Positions 12,847 through 23,954 of a stretch of 64,000 nt of DNA are shown one piece after another (within the stretch, counting starts at the first letter, position 1; every line of letters begins with the position of its first letter). Under the pieces are notes generated by a model. It saw nothing but the letters and a program-made list of their open reading frames with translations. It did no database searches and was not told the DNA's origin. The position numbers and the translations under genes were made by a program. Source of the DNA: Scyliorhinus canicula (lineage: Eukaryota); contig NC_052151.1 in the NCBI RefSeq assembly GCF_902713615.1, forward strand, positions 151,733,050 through 151,797,049, written 5' to 3'.

Positions 12847-13599
12847 CTCCGTAGTATATCAAAACACACAAAGTGTAATAAAAGATGATACAGAAATATA
12901 ATAAAAGAATTGCAATGTTATTATAAGAAGCATTTAAATTTAACAGGGCATGCGTGGGCTTCCTGAAATGTGACAATGATACCAAAGAAGACGAGCAGTA
13001 ATTCATGAGGCTAACTAAAAGTCAGGCATCTGGTAGCGATAAATACTCTCAAGCGTTTTACCTCCCACTATAGGGAAGGATTTGTTGAGAGTGCACTTTG
13101 GAGGTGGGTGAGATCAGTAGGTTGGAGCTCCAACAAGGACCAGGATGACCATCAGCAGCAGCAAAAACGAATGAGATGTGCAGATGGCCAACAAAGGAGC
13201 AGCAACAGACTGCTGTGGGGAGACCAGCAAGTGCTCAGCAGTGAGACGAGCAACAGCAGCAGCAGCACCAACGTGCCCTGGAGAGGCATAGAATCATAGA
13301 ATCCCTACAGTGTAGAAAGAAGCCAATCAGCTCAATCAGAGACAATTTAGTGTGGCCAATCCACCTAACCTACACACCTTTGGATTGTGGGAGGAAACCG
13401 GAACACCCGGAGGACACTGGGAGAATGTACAAACTCACACAGTCACCCAAGGCCGGAATTGAACCCGGGTCCCTGGCGCTGTGAGGCAGCAGTGCTAACC
13501 ACTGCCACCGCGTTCTTTGTGGGTGAGACACAGAGAAACTGAGCTCATAGGAGGTATTGTCTGCGTAATGGAGTGTATAGAGGCTCAGCTTCCTTGGCC

Positions 13600-14230
13600 T
13601 GTCAGAAGGGCAGTGCTTCCCGTGGCTCAGATTGTCATGTGAGGTAGTGGCATACATTTTCTACCACCTGGGAGAAACCCTACCTGCCCGCCACGATTAG
13701 TCACCTCCACCACCCTCAGCTGTTTTGCCTCAGTATCCTTCCTGGACGCTGCTGGATAATTATCTCAGTTGGTTGCCCGCACAGTCGGATCGGTTATCTG
13801 TCAAAAATGGCAATTACATTAACTTTGCCTTTGATGATGTGTCAGAATATGTGAGCCTCGTGTTTGCCTCCATGGTGTTTTCCCCACGAATACAAGGCAT
13901 CACCAATAATGCCGACACTCCGAGTACTCAGGTCAACCACGAGCATTTGTGAACTGCAATAATTTCATTTCATCAATGTCCCTCTGGTGTGCAACCACAA
14001 GAAAAGGTTCATATAGGTGAGCACCAGAAACCTGAGGAGCTGCAATGATGCTTCCACCCAGCAGCAGTCTGCAATGCCCAATCTGTCTGCAAACAGACAT
14101 ATGAGGTTATTGCTGGGAGTGAAAGAATATCCCCCTTCAAACTTGATGATGACACCCAACCAAAACCCTGCCAATGAAGCTCAAGAGCATTACACCATTG
14201 CCAGCAGACCATTCAAAGTAGCTAGAACAT
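13600..14230 (+). mobile_element. PIF/Harbinger transposase remnant
   Basis: NYINFAFD...FASMVFSPRIQGI and LLGVKEYPPSNLMMTPNQNPANEAQEHY resemble HARBI1-type FPxVxGxID and GDxGYPLxxxLMTP motifs; heavily decayed. Confidence 0.6.
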
Positions 14231-14760
14231 GAGAGGGATCTCCATTCAAAGCAAATAGCAGAGGAAAAAGAATGTCATTCAATTGGAGGTCACTCAGTAA
14301 TAGACAGAATGAACAAAATTGATGTGCGTCTCAACACCAAATTTGCGATCTGGAACTGTTTTGTTGCAGAGCAGGGTCACATTCTTGCCTCTGCCAATGA
14401 AACGGCCGTTAAAACAAAATATTATAAATAGAGACTTAGTGAAGCTGAGGAGGAAATGACAGTCTTAAACTGGAATTGCATGACACACTGGCTGCTTTCA
14501 GGGAATGTTTGAAGGAAGCGAGGAGGACGGACCATTCTCATTTTGAATCAAAGATACACAAATTAGAAGAAGAGTTGGAGAGACGGATTAGTCAAGGAAA
14601 TCAAGTTCCAGGTTTTCCTTCAGACCCGAAAGCTTGTGTGTCAGTACCGACTCAGACAAATCTGCTGCCACTAACTGAATTGGGTGGGCTTGTAGGGTGT
14701 GTGATAGATCCCCATCCTTCACTCCCTTTCGTGAGAAATCTGGTTGGCCAAACTAAATAA

Positions 14761-15102
14761 GGGCAGCACGGTAGCATGGCGGTTAGCATAAATGCTTCAC
14801 AGCTCCAGAGTCCCAGGTTCGGTTCCCGGCTGGGTCACTGTCTGTGCGGAGTCTACACGTCCTCCCCGTGTGTGCGTGGGTTTCCTCCGGGTGCTCCGGT
14901 TTCCTCCCACAGTCCAAAGATGTGCGGGTTAGGTGGATTGGCCATGCTAAATTGCCCGTAGTGTCCTAAAAGTAAGGTTAAGGGGGGGGTTGTTGGGTTA
15001 CGGGTATAGGGTGGATACGTGGGTTTGAGTAGGGTGATCATTGCTCGGCACAACATCGAGGGCCGAAGGGCCTGTTCTGTGCTGTACTGTTCTATGTTCT
15101 AT
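14761..15102 (+). mobile_element. tRNA-derived HE1/V-SINE-type SINE
   Basis: A/B-box-like head, core GGGTTTCCTCCGGGTGCTCCGGTTTCCTCCCACA, (GTTCTAT)n tail. A second copy follows at ~15125-15420. Confidence 0.85.
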
Positions 15103-16719
15103 GAATGCAGACTTGTGCCAAATAGGCGGCACAGTGGTTAGCACTGCTGCCTCACAGAATCATGGACCTGGGTTCAATTCCAGCCTTGGGTGACTGTGAG
15201 TGGAGTTTGTACCTTATCCCCGTGTCTACGTGGGTTTTCCTCCGGACGCTCCAGTTTCCTCCCACAGTCCAAAGATGTGCAGACTAGGTGGATTAGCTAT
15301 GATCAATGAGCTAGGTTATGGTGGTAAAATGGAGAATGCACCCAGGTAGAGTGCTCTTTCAGAGAGTTGGTGCAGACTTGATGGGACAAATAGCCTCCTT
15401 CTGCAGTGTCGAGAGTCCCTGGATTCTCTGAATTGGAGAACGGCAATGATGGAGATGCTTCTCTTGCTGTGAAAAGTCATTTTTCAGACTTTAATCAGGG
15501 TCATTGAGAGCTGAAAGGCAGGATGATAAAGAAAAGTGCAGTTCCTTCTGCAGTACAAGAGGAGAACCTGTCCTTGGTCTTCCACTAAAATCAGAAATAC
15601 AATCCAACTCTGAGTCGACTTGTGAAGTGTCTCTGGTTCTCATTGTCCCATCAACCACGTGTTCCCCTCTTCCCTCTGAGAAAAGACTAATTACTGTCTC
15701 CATGGTATCTGAAGATGTCTGTGAAACGATAAGTGAGAAAGAACAGTGTTCCTCTTTCTCAAGCTGATGGGCAAACCTGTATGAGTGAGTTAGAAGCAGT
15801 TAAAGGTAATCGTGAATAGGAAATGCAAACACCCAAGGGGATGGTTTAGCACAGTGGGCTAAATCACTGGCTTGTTATGCAGAACAAGGCCAGCAGCGCG
15901 GGTTCAATTCCCGTACCAGCCTCTCCGCACAGGCACTGGAATGTGGTGACTAGGAACTTTTCAAAGTAACTTCATTGAAGCCTACTTGTGACAATAAGTG
16001 ATTATTAGATACATTGGGTGGAATTCTACCCCCCCCCCCCCCCCCCCCCCACGCTGGGAGAATCACCGGGGCGCCGAGCGAGTCCCGCCACGCCGCCCCG
16101 GCATCCGCACGCAATTCTCCCACCCCACCATGGCTGGCTGCTGGGAGAAACGCCGCTCGCCGTTTGTAACGGGCGAGCGGCAATTCTCCAGCCCGGATGG
16201 GCCGGGCGGCCTGCCCAACACGACAGGTTTCCCGCCGGCGCCGTCCACATCTGGTCGCTGCCGGCGGGAACAGCGCAAGAACGCTGGGGGGGCGGCCTGT
16301 GGGAGGGGAAAGGGGGGTTCTTGCACCGGGGTGAGGGAGAGATTTTATTTGCTGTGTTTAGTTCCCTCTGTAAATTTTGTAGAAATTAGAATAGGAGAAA
16401 AAAGTGTGAGAAAGCAGAGTTATATGTTTGATGTGACCATCAATTCACTCGGAACACGATTGGAAGTAAACTGTGGTTTTAATAGTCTTACAACTGAGCC
16501 TGCCTGCGACCAGAAGAACTGAGGGCAGGCTCACACGGCCGCAGCACGTTATACTTCCGGTAGTGGGAGGGGCCATGGGCGGAGCCGAGGGTGGAGCCCT
16601 GTGCAAGCTCCTCATCTCCCCCTATGGGCAGAGCCGCACAACGGCTCACAGGCAGAGCCCGCAAGGACACAATACCATACAATACAATACAGTGTGAATT
16701 ACCACATTCACCCCCTGTA

Positions 16720-19576
16720 AAAAAATCAAGTCCGGCGAGGTGACGGGTCTACAGGTTGAGCCGGTCCGGTGGCCGAGTCGTCCTTTGGGATCGGCGGAGC
16801 ACCGGGGTTGCAGCCTCTTCGGGTGGCTGGGTGGTGGCGGTCGGTGTGGGTATGGGGGTGGACTCTGGGGGCGTTTCGGTCCGAGGTCCGTTCCTGACCG
16901 GTGCGACGGGCGAAGGGGGGGCGCAGGAAACCTATAGGCGTGGGGGCGCAGAGCGTGGGCAGGAAACCTATAGACGTGGGGGCGCAGAGCGTGGGCAGGG
17001 AACCTATAGGCGTGGGGGCGCAGGGCGTTGGGTGGAGTGCAGTGTGAGGGATACCTCGGTGGTGGTGGTGGTAGTGGTGTATCCTGCAGGCGCCAGGTCC
17101 TGGAGGGAAACGGTGTCCTGACGGCCGTCGAGGTGTTCAATAAAGGCGCAGTGTGGGTTCGAATGTGCTGCAGTACCCTCTCTACTAGTGGGTCCGTTTT
17201 GTGTGTCCGGACGTGCTTCCGGAGGAGAACCGGGCCCAGTGTCCTCAACCAGGATGGGAGCGAAGCCTCCGTGGTAGTGCCCCTAGGGAAAACAAATAAT
17301 CGTTCGTGAGGGGTCTGGTTGGTGGTGGTGCACAGGAGGGACCTAATTGCATGGAGCGCGTCGGGGAGGACCTCCTGCCAGTGGGAGGTCAGGAGATTCC
17401 TGGACCGGAGGGTCAGTAGGACGGTCTTCCAGACCTTCGCATTCTCCCTCTCCACTTGCCTGTTCCCCCTGGGGTTGTAGCTGGTAGTCCTGCTCGAGGC
17501 GATGCCCTTGTCGAGCAGGTACTGACGCAGCTCGTCGCTCATGAAGGACGAACCCCTGTCACTGTGTACGTAGCTGGGGAAACCGAACAGGGTGAAGACA
17601 CTGTGCAGGGCTCTGATGACTGTATGGGAGGTCATATCGGGGCACGGGATGGCAAAGGGGAAGCGGGAGAATTTGTCTATGACATTGAGGAAGTACACAT
17701 TTCGATTGGTCGAGGGGAGTGGCCCTTTGAAATCGATGCTCAGGCGTTCAAAGGGCCGGGATGCCTTTACCAGGTGGGCCTTGTCTGGTCTATAGAAGTG
17801 CGGTTTGCACTCCGCGCAGACCCTGGTGATGGCTTTTACCTCCTCGGTGGAGAAAGGCAGATTTCGGGCTTTGACGTAGTGGGCGAGCCGGGTGACCCCC
17901 GGGTGACAGAGGTCGTTGTGGATAGCCTTCAGGCGGTCGTCTTGCGCACTGGCGCATGTGCCGCGGGACAGGGCATCTGGGGGCTCGTTGAGCTTCCCTG
18001 GTCGATATATGATGCCATAATTATAGGTGGAGAGTTCGATCCTCCACCGCAAGATTTTATCGTTTTTTATTTTGCCCCGTTGCGAGTTGTCGAACATGTA
18101 GGCAACCGATCTCTGGTCGGTGATGAAGGTAAACCTCCTACCTGCGAGGTAGTGCCTCCAGTGCCGTATGGCTTCCACAATGGCTTGAGCTTCTTTTTCG
18201 GCTGAGGAGTGTCAAAGTTCTGAAGCGGAGAGGGTTCGGGAGAAAAAGGCTACTGGTCTCCCTGCCTGGTTCAGAGTGGCAGCAAGAGCGACATCTGATG
18301 CGTCGCTCTCCACCTGAAAGGGGACGGATTCATCCACCGCCCGCATGGCGGCTTTGGCGATGTCCTCCTTGATGCAGTTGAAGGCCTGGCAGGCCTCGGC
18401 TGACAGTGGGAAGAGTGTGGTCTTAAATAGTGGGCGGGCTTTGTCCCAATACTGGGGGACCCACTGGGCGTAATAAGAGAAGAATCCCAGGCACCTCTTG
18501 AGGGCCCTGGGACAATGAGGGAGAGGGAGTTGCATACGGTCCGGGTAGGGGCCCAGGACTCCGTTTTCCACGACAAAGCCGAGGATGGCTAGTCTGGTAG
18601 TGCGGAAAATGCATTTCTCCTTATTGTAGGTGAGATTGAGTTTCTGGGAGGTTTGGAGAAATCGGTGGAGGTTGGCGTCGTGGTCCTGCTGGTCATGGCC
18701 GCAGATGGTGACATTGTCCAAGTACGGAAATGTGGCCCGCAGCCCGTACTGGTCCACCATTGGGTCCATTGCTCGTTGGAATACCGAGACCCCATTCGTG
18801 ACGCCAAAGGGAACCCGGAGGAAATGGAAGAGGCGGCCATCTGCCTCGAACGCTGTGTAGTGGCGGTCCTCCGGGCGGATTAGGAGCTGGTGGTAAGCAG
18901 ACTTCAGATCCACCGTAGAGAATATGCGGTACTGGGCAATCTGGTTGACCATGTCTGCAATTCTGGGGAGGGGGTACGCATCGAGGTGCGTGAACCGGTT
19001 AATGGTTTGGCTATAATCAACCACCATCCAGAACTTTTCCCCGGTCTTGACGACCAACACCTGAGCTCTCCAGGGGCTGTTAATGGCCTCTGTGACTCTC
19101 TCACGTAGGAGCCGCTGGACTTCGGCTCTAATAAATACCCTGTCCTGCAAGCTGTACCGCCTGCTGCAAGTGGCTACTGGTTTACAGTTAGCCGTTAGGT
19201 TAGCGAAGAGTGGAGGGGGGTCGATGTTTAGAGTCGCTAAGCTGCATATAGTGAGTGGAGGTAGGGGTCCGCCGAAGCTGAGTGTGAGGCTCTTGAGGTT
19301 ACATTGGAAATTGAGCCCGAGCAAGAGTGGGGCGCAGAGGTCGGGGAGTATGTACAGCTGGAAATTAGAGTAGCTGACGCCTTGAATCGTTAGGGTCGCG
19401 ACGGTGCGCCCTTGTATTTGGACCGAGTGCGAGCCCAAGGCGAGGGAGATAGTTTGCCGTGCAGGGAAGATAGGGAGTGAACAGTGTCTTACCAGGTCAG
19501 GATGTACGAAGCTCTCGGTGCTCCCTGAGTCGAAGAGGCGCGGTGTCTTGTATCCGTTGATTTGAACGGACATCAT
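16720..19576 (-). pseudogene. Gypsy pol (protease, RT, RNase H, integrase), split by a stop at 18212
   Basis: LFDSGSTESF (protease); DLKSAYHQ, PFG, YLDN (RT); ESDASD (RNase H); H..HPG..CAEC, IDFKGP, HSDRG, VERE (integrase). Confidence 0.9.
16923..17028. repeat. 36-bp tandem repeat, 3 copies, in the Gypsy integrase tail
   Basis: Unit GCAGGAAACCTATAGGCGTGGGGGCGCAGAGCGTGG; reads (ALRPHAYRFPAH)n in the ORF track. Confidence 0.85.
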
Positions 19577-20703
19577 CGAGCTCCTGAGGTGCTTCGGATG
19601 CGACTGGCCAACGTGTCTGCGTTGAGTTGCGGGTAGTCGGCGGCTCGATCAGCAGTGCTGGAGTGGCCCCGTGATGACTGTCCGCGGAGGTCGTAGTCGT
19701 CGAGGTGAACATCGGGTGATGGCCAAGATGGCGGCCCCCGTGGATCGCACGTGGCGGGTGGCAAGGAAGATGGCGTCCAAGATGGCGGCCCCCATGATCC
19801 GTACATGGCCGGCCGCGTGGGGGAGGATTGCCAAGATGGCGTCCCCCATGAGTCGCACATGTCGGGCGGAGGCAGAGTCGGCAGACACGCTGCAACATTG
19901 CGGGGCCTGCAGGCCTGCGAATTGGGGAGCGATTGTTCTGGACTGCGGGGGAGTTAGAGGGTTTCGATTTCGCCAGGCATACTCTGGCATAATGTCCTTT
20001 TCGACTGCAGCTGCTGCAGGTCGCATTGCGGGCCGGGCAGTGCTGCCATGGGTGTTGGGGCTGGCCACAAAAATGACACGCTGGCGCTCCATAGTGGGTG
20101 GATGGCTGCGCGGCGCAGGCCTGGGGCAGTCACTGGTCGGGGATCCACGATGGGGTCGCTTGGTCTGCGGGGAATGAGTTTAGACTTCGGAACGCGACCT
20201 CAATAGTAGTTTCTAGCTCTACCGTGTCCTCCAAGTTCTGGGCTCCTTTCCCGAGTAGTTGCTGGCGCACATAGCTAGACCGGAGCCCCGCAACGTACAC
20301 ATCACGGACAGCGAGTTCCATATGCTGGGAGGCCGTTACAGCCTGAAAGTTACAGTCCCGAGCAAGGGCTTTTAAGTCACGCAGGAAGTCCTCTAGCTAC
20401 TCTGCGGGGCGCTGGCGGTGGGTAGTGAAAATGTGCCGCGCGTAGACCTCGTTTACCGGCCGCACGTACAATCAGTCGAGCATAGCGAGGGCCTCGGTAT
20501 GAATCGGTACAATTGAGTTGTGTAGAGATGCGATCGCTCACCCGTGCGTGCAGTAGGCTGAGTTTCTGCTCATCTGTAGTCTCGGAGGTGATCGATTCAG
20601 CCAGACAGGCCTTGAAACACCGAAGCCAGTGGAGGAAGATTTCCTTCGCCTCTGCAGCCTGCGGGTCGAGTTCTAGTCAATCAGGTTTGAGGGCTGATTC
20701 CAT
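19577..20703 (-). pseudogene. Gypsy gag (disrupted) with two CCHC zinc knuckles
   Basis: ATG at 20703 gives MESALKPD*LELDPQAAEAKEIFLHW. CHFCGQPQHPWQHC...CSSCSRKGHYARVC at ~19975-20080. Contains stops and frameshifts. Confidence 0.8.
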
Positions 20704-21694
20704 AGTAGTTTTCTTCAAGTTTTCTAAGACTATTAAATTGATGTGACCATCAATTCACTCAGAACACGATTGGAAGTAAACTGTAGTTTTAATAGTCTTA
20801 CAACTGAGCCTGCCTGCGACCAGAAGAACTGAGGGCAGGCTCACACGGCTGCAGCACTTTATACTTCCGGTAGTGGGAGGGGCCATGGGTGAGGCCATGG
20901 GCGGAGCCCTGTACAAGCTCCTCATCTCCCCCTATGGGCAGAGCCGCGCAACGGCTCACAGACAGAGCCCACAAGGACACAATACCATACAATACAATAC
21001 AGTGTGAATTACATTCACCACAATGTTTAGAACTTGTTTTAAAACGTCTCCAACTGCATGACTCCCAAGAATGCTTTGCTCTGCTCCTTTAAGTTCTGCA
21101 GAAAAGTTAACCCTTTCAGCGGAGTTACTTTTTAAATCTCCACACAGCTTTTGTGTTTTGAATGTAGCTTCTTACAAATTAAGTTGCAGGAGGTTTTTGA
21201 CAGGTATGATTGACTATGTATGAACTCATTGTGCTCCTGACCAGAGCCACAATGTATTTCTGTTTCTTTTACAGAGACCTGTAGATCCAGTTTGATGTAA
21301 TGATTAGGAGAAGTTATTCAAGTTTTTTTAAGTGAAGCAAAACCAATAAAAATAAGCATCTCACCATTTCTGTGCTCCCTATTATTTAAGAAAAAGCCTC
21401 TTTTGGAAGAAGATACATTAAAGATAAAAGGAAACCTGTTAGCCAAACAACAAAATTGTCATTTCAATTTGGAATCATTTTGAATGTAAAAAAAATCAAG
21501 TGCAATTTAGTAAGCAGCTTTTGAGAAACGGAAATGTAATCTAAAATAAAGAATGAACAAGCAAAACATGCTAATGCCTGGAATCAAATAGAAATATTTG
21601 CCTTCTGTTTTAAAGGATGTTATGAGGATATTTATTGAACTGTGAAGATTCCCCAATGAGACAAGATAATAACTATTGCATATGTAAGGAAACT

Positions 21695-22740
21695 TCAGGT
21701 GGCGGCCATGATGTGGATGGTCGCGCACAAGGCAGCTCCTGCTTGAAGGCATAGAAAAGAGCTCTTTTCCCCTGATATTGGGTGCATCTTCGACTGGAAG
21801 GTGTAGTTGAAGGTTGGAGGTGTAGTTTCCCCTAGGAGTGGTATATCCGCTGATGACCAAACCCGGCAGAAGATGAAAGACCTGGCCAAGGAGTTGGAGG
21901 AAACCTGTGGTGCAGCAGCCAGTGGAAGGATGGTGGAGGGGGAAGGGCAAGTCGGAAAGACCCAGATGGTACAGTTGATGGCTTTAATCAAGGAGGAGTT
22001 CCTCCAGCAGAGGAAGGAGATGCAGGAGTATCGCTCGAAGGCTATTGAAACTTCAAAGTATATTCCATCAAACTAAGAAAAGTCTTGATACGTAAGCTGT
22101 AACTCGTCATCTGACGTGGGAACTGGATGTTCATTTACAGTCAATGGGCTACACTTAGCTTCAATCTAATTTTGGGATCATTTAGAAAGTAAGCCAAGCC
22201 TTTACCCATGATTGCAACTTGGCTACAACACTAGCTTGTAAATTAAATAATTTACTACAAACCATAATGGTCTTCAAGTTCTATTTTAAGGCAGTCAATT
22301 GAAAAGGAATGTTGAAGGGATAGAAAAGGGGCTCTGGCACCCCTGAAGGGCTTGATGGAGAGGGTGAAGAAATGCTTGGAGGCATAGGGGCCACAGATCT
22401 GAAGATTGAGAGGTGATGTCAGATCACAGCGAGTGGGTGGTGGCATTGGAGGCGGAGGTGGGGCTCTTAGGAGATCTTTGCAAGATGTTGAGAGCAAAGG
22501 TGGAGGAGCAGGAAGACAGTTTGAGAAGGCAGAATCTGCGGATAGTGGTCCTGCCTGAAGGAGTGTAAGGTGCGAGTGCCACGAGGTACGTGTTGAGGAT
22601 GCTGGATGGGCTGATGACGGAGGAGGTGCTGGATAAGGCCCCTGAAGTGGACAGAGCACACAGGTCTCTGAGGCAGAAGCCTAGAGCAGGGGAGCCGCCG
22701 CGGGCGGTAATTTTGGCAATTACACTGGACATCAATGTAA
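21695..22740 (+). mobile_element. L1-like 5' UTR and ORF1 fragments
   Basis: Coiled-coil segment (LMALIKEEFLQQRKEMQE) and RRQNLRIV.LPEG...EVDRAHRSL...PPRAVI, typical of L1 ORF1p; interrupted. Confidence 0.65.
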
Positions 22741-23582
22741 GTATTGTGACATTTTGATGTTAGGAAACCGGGGAAACAAGCTTGTGGGTTCACTTTTGAT
22801 CATCTGTCACCAACTTGCAAATTGGTTTACAGAATTGGAAGGATGAGGTCAAAATTCAAAATGTGTACATAGACAAAGGAGTCTATTGAATCACCACAAA
22901 TGGTTTTTGGATGAAGCATGGGACACAGTGGTGCCCCATGGCAAAAATCACTTTTTGTTTCAAACCTACTTAGGTAACCCTGATGGAAGTGAGGTTTTCT
23001 TCCTGATATCTACCCACAATGATGCTGAACTGAGAAACTATTTGGAATGCAGGGGCAGGTATTGAAGGCCATAGTCCAGCTAGGCCACTCTATAGCACCT
23101 TTGTCCCTGAATTTGAAAGATACTGGGCAAGATTCTCTGGCCTCCCCACGGCATGTTTCTTGACTGCGGGAGGCATCTTGACATTGACTGATGGAGGGAT
23201 GTTTAAGTCCAGGCGCTGTCAATGGGATTTCCCATTGAATCCACCCCAACAATACCAGGAAGCCCACACTGGGGGTGCGTCGTCAGTGGGACAGGATGAT
23301 CCCGCCGGAGTGCACAGCCAGAAGCCCAGAGTCAAACAAACTGAAGCTTCCCAAACATAAGTAGTTAAGGTGCAGCCAGATAATGAGAGGAGAGGGAAAG
23401 GAATTAAGGAAAACAATTTAGAGATGAGAACACACATTGATGGCAAATTGTTGTCAATGCAAGCGAACAGGCGCCGGAATGTGGTGACTGGGGGCTTTTC
23501 ACAGTAACTTCATTGCAGTGTTAATGTAAGCTTACTAATAAAGATTAACAACAATATTCACCATCTTCATGTTTGTCTAAAT

Positions 23583-23673
23583 CAGGGGTGGGCAAACTAC
23601 AGCCCCCAAAGGTCTTTATGCGGCCCACCAAGTCATAAAAAATTTAAAAATAAATTTTTTTTTTAAGGTTAAT

Positions 23674-23705
<32 letters not shown>

Positions 23706-23945
23706 CGGGCTGTTGGGTTACTTACTGGTATAGGGTGGATACGTTGACTTGAGTAGGGTGATCATTGCTCGGCACAACATCGAGGGCCGAAGGGCCTGTT
23801 CTGTGCTGTACTGTTCTATGTTCTATATGAGGCGCCCAGAATCATAACCGGGTGAAGTATTTATTTTACTTAATATACTATGCGGCCCTTTAAAATTGTG
23901 AATTTCTGAATGTGGCCCTTGCACGGAAAAGTTTGCCCACCCCTG
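23583..23945. mobile_element. hAT (Charlie-like) MITE containing a SINE 3' fragment
   Basis: Perfect 16-bp TIR CAGGGGTGGGCAAACT and exact 8-bp TSD GTCTAAAT (23575-23582 and 23946-23953). Confidence 0.92.
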
Positions 23946-23954
23946 GTCTAAATG

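Larger units (their letters stand above)
16429..21022 (-). mobile_element. Full-length, decayed Ty3/Gypsy (Mag-like) LTR retrotransposon in CMPK2 intron 1
   Basis: LTRs at 16429-16706 and 20739-21022 differ by 14 substitutions plus a 6-nt indel (hand count). TSD ATGTT at 16424-16428 and 21023-21027. PPT next to the left LTR. Gene order gag then PR-RT-RH-IN. Confidence 0.93.

Noticed and set aside
14761-14835. tRNA genes at SINE heads
   Set aside because: The tRNA-like heads run directly into SINE core and tail sequence; they are not standalone tRNAs.
17456-18205. 249-aa plus-strand ORF
   Set aside because: Antisense shadow of the Gypsy integrase frame.
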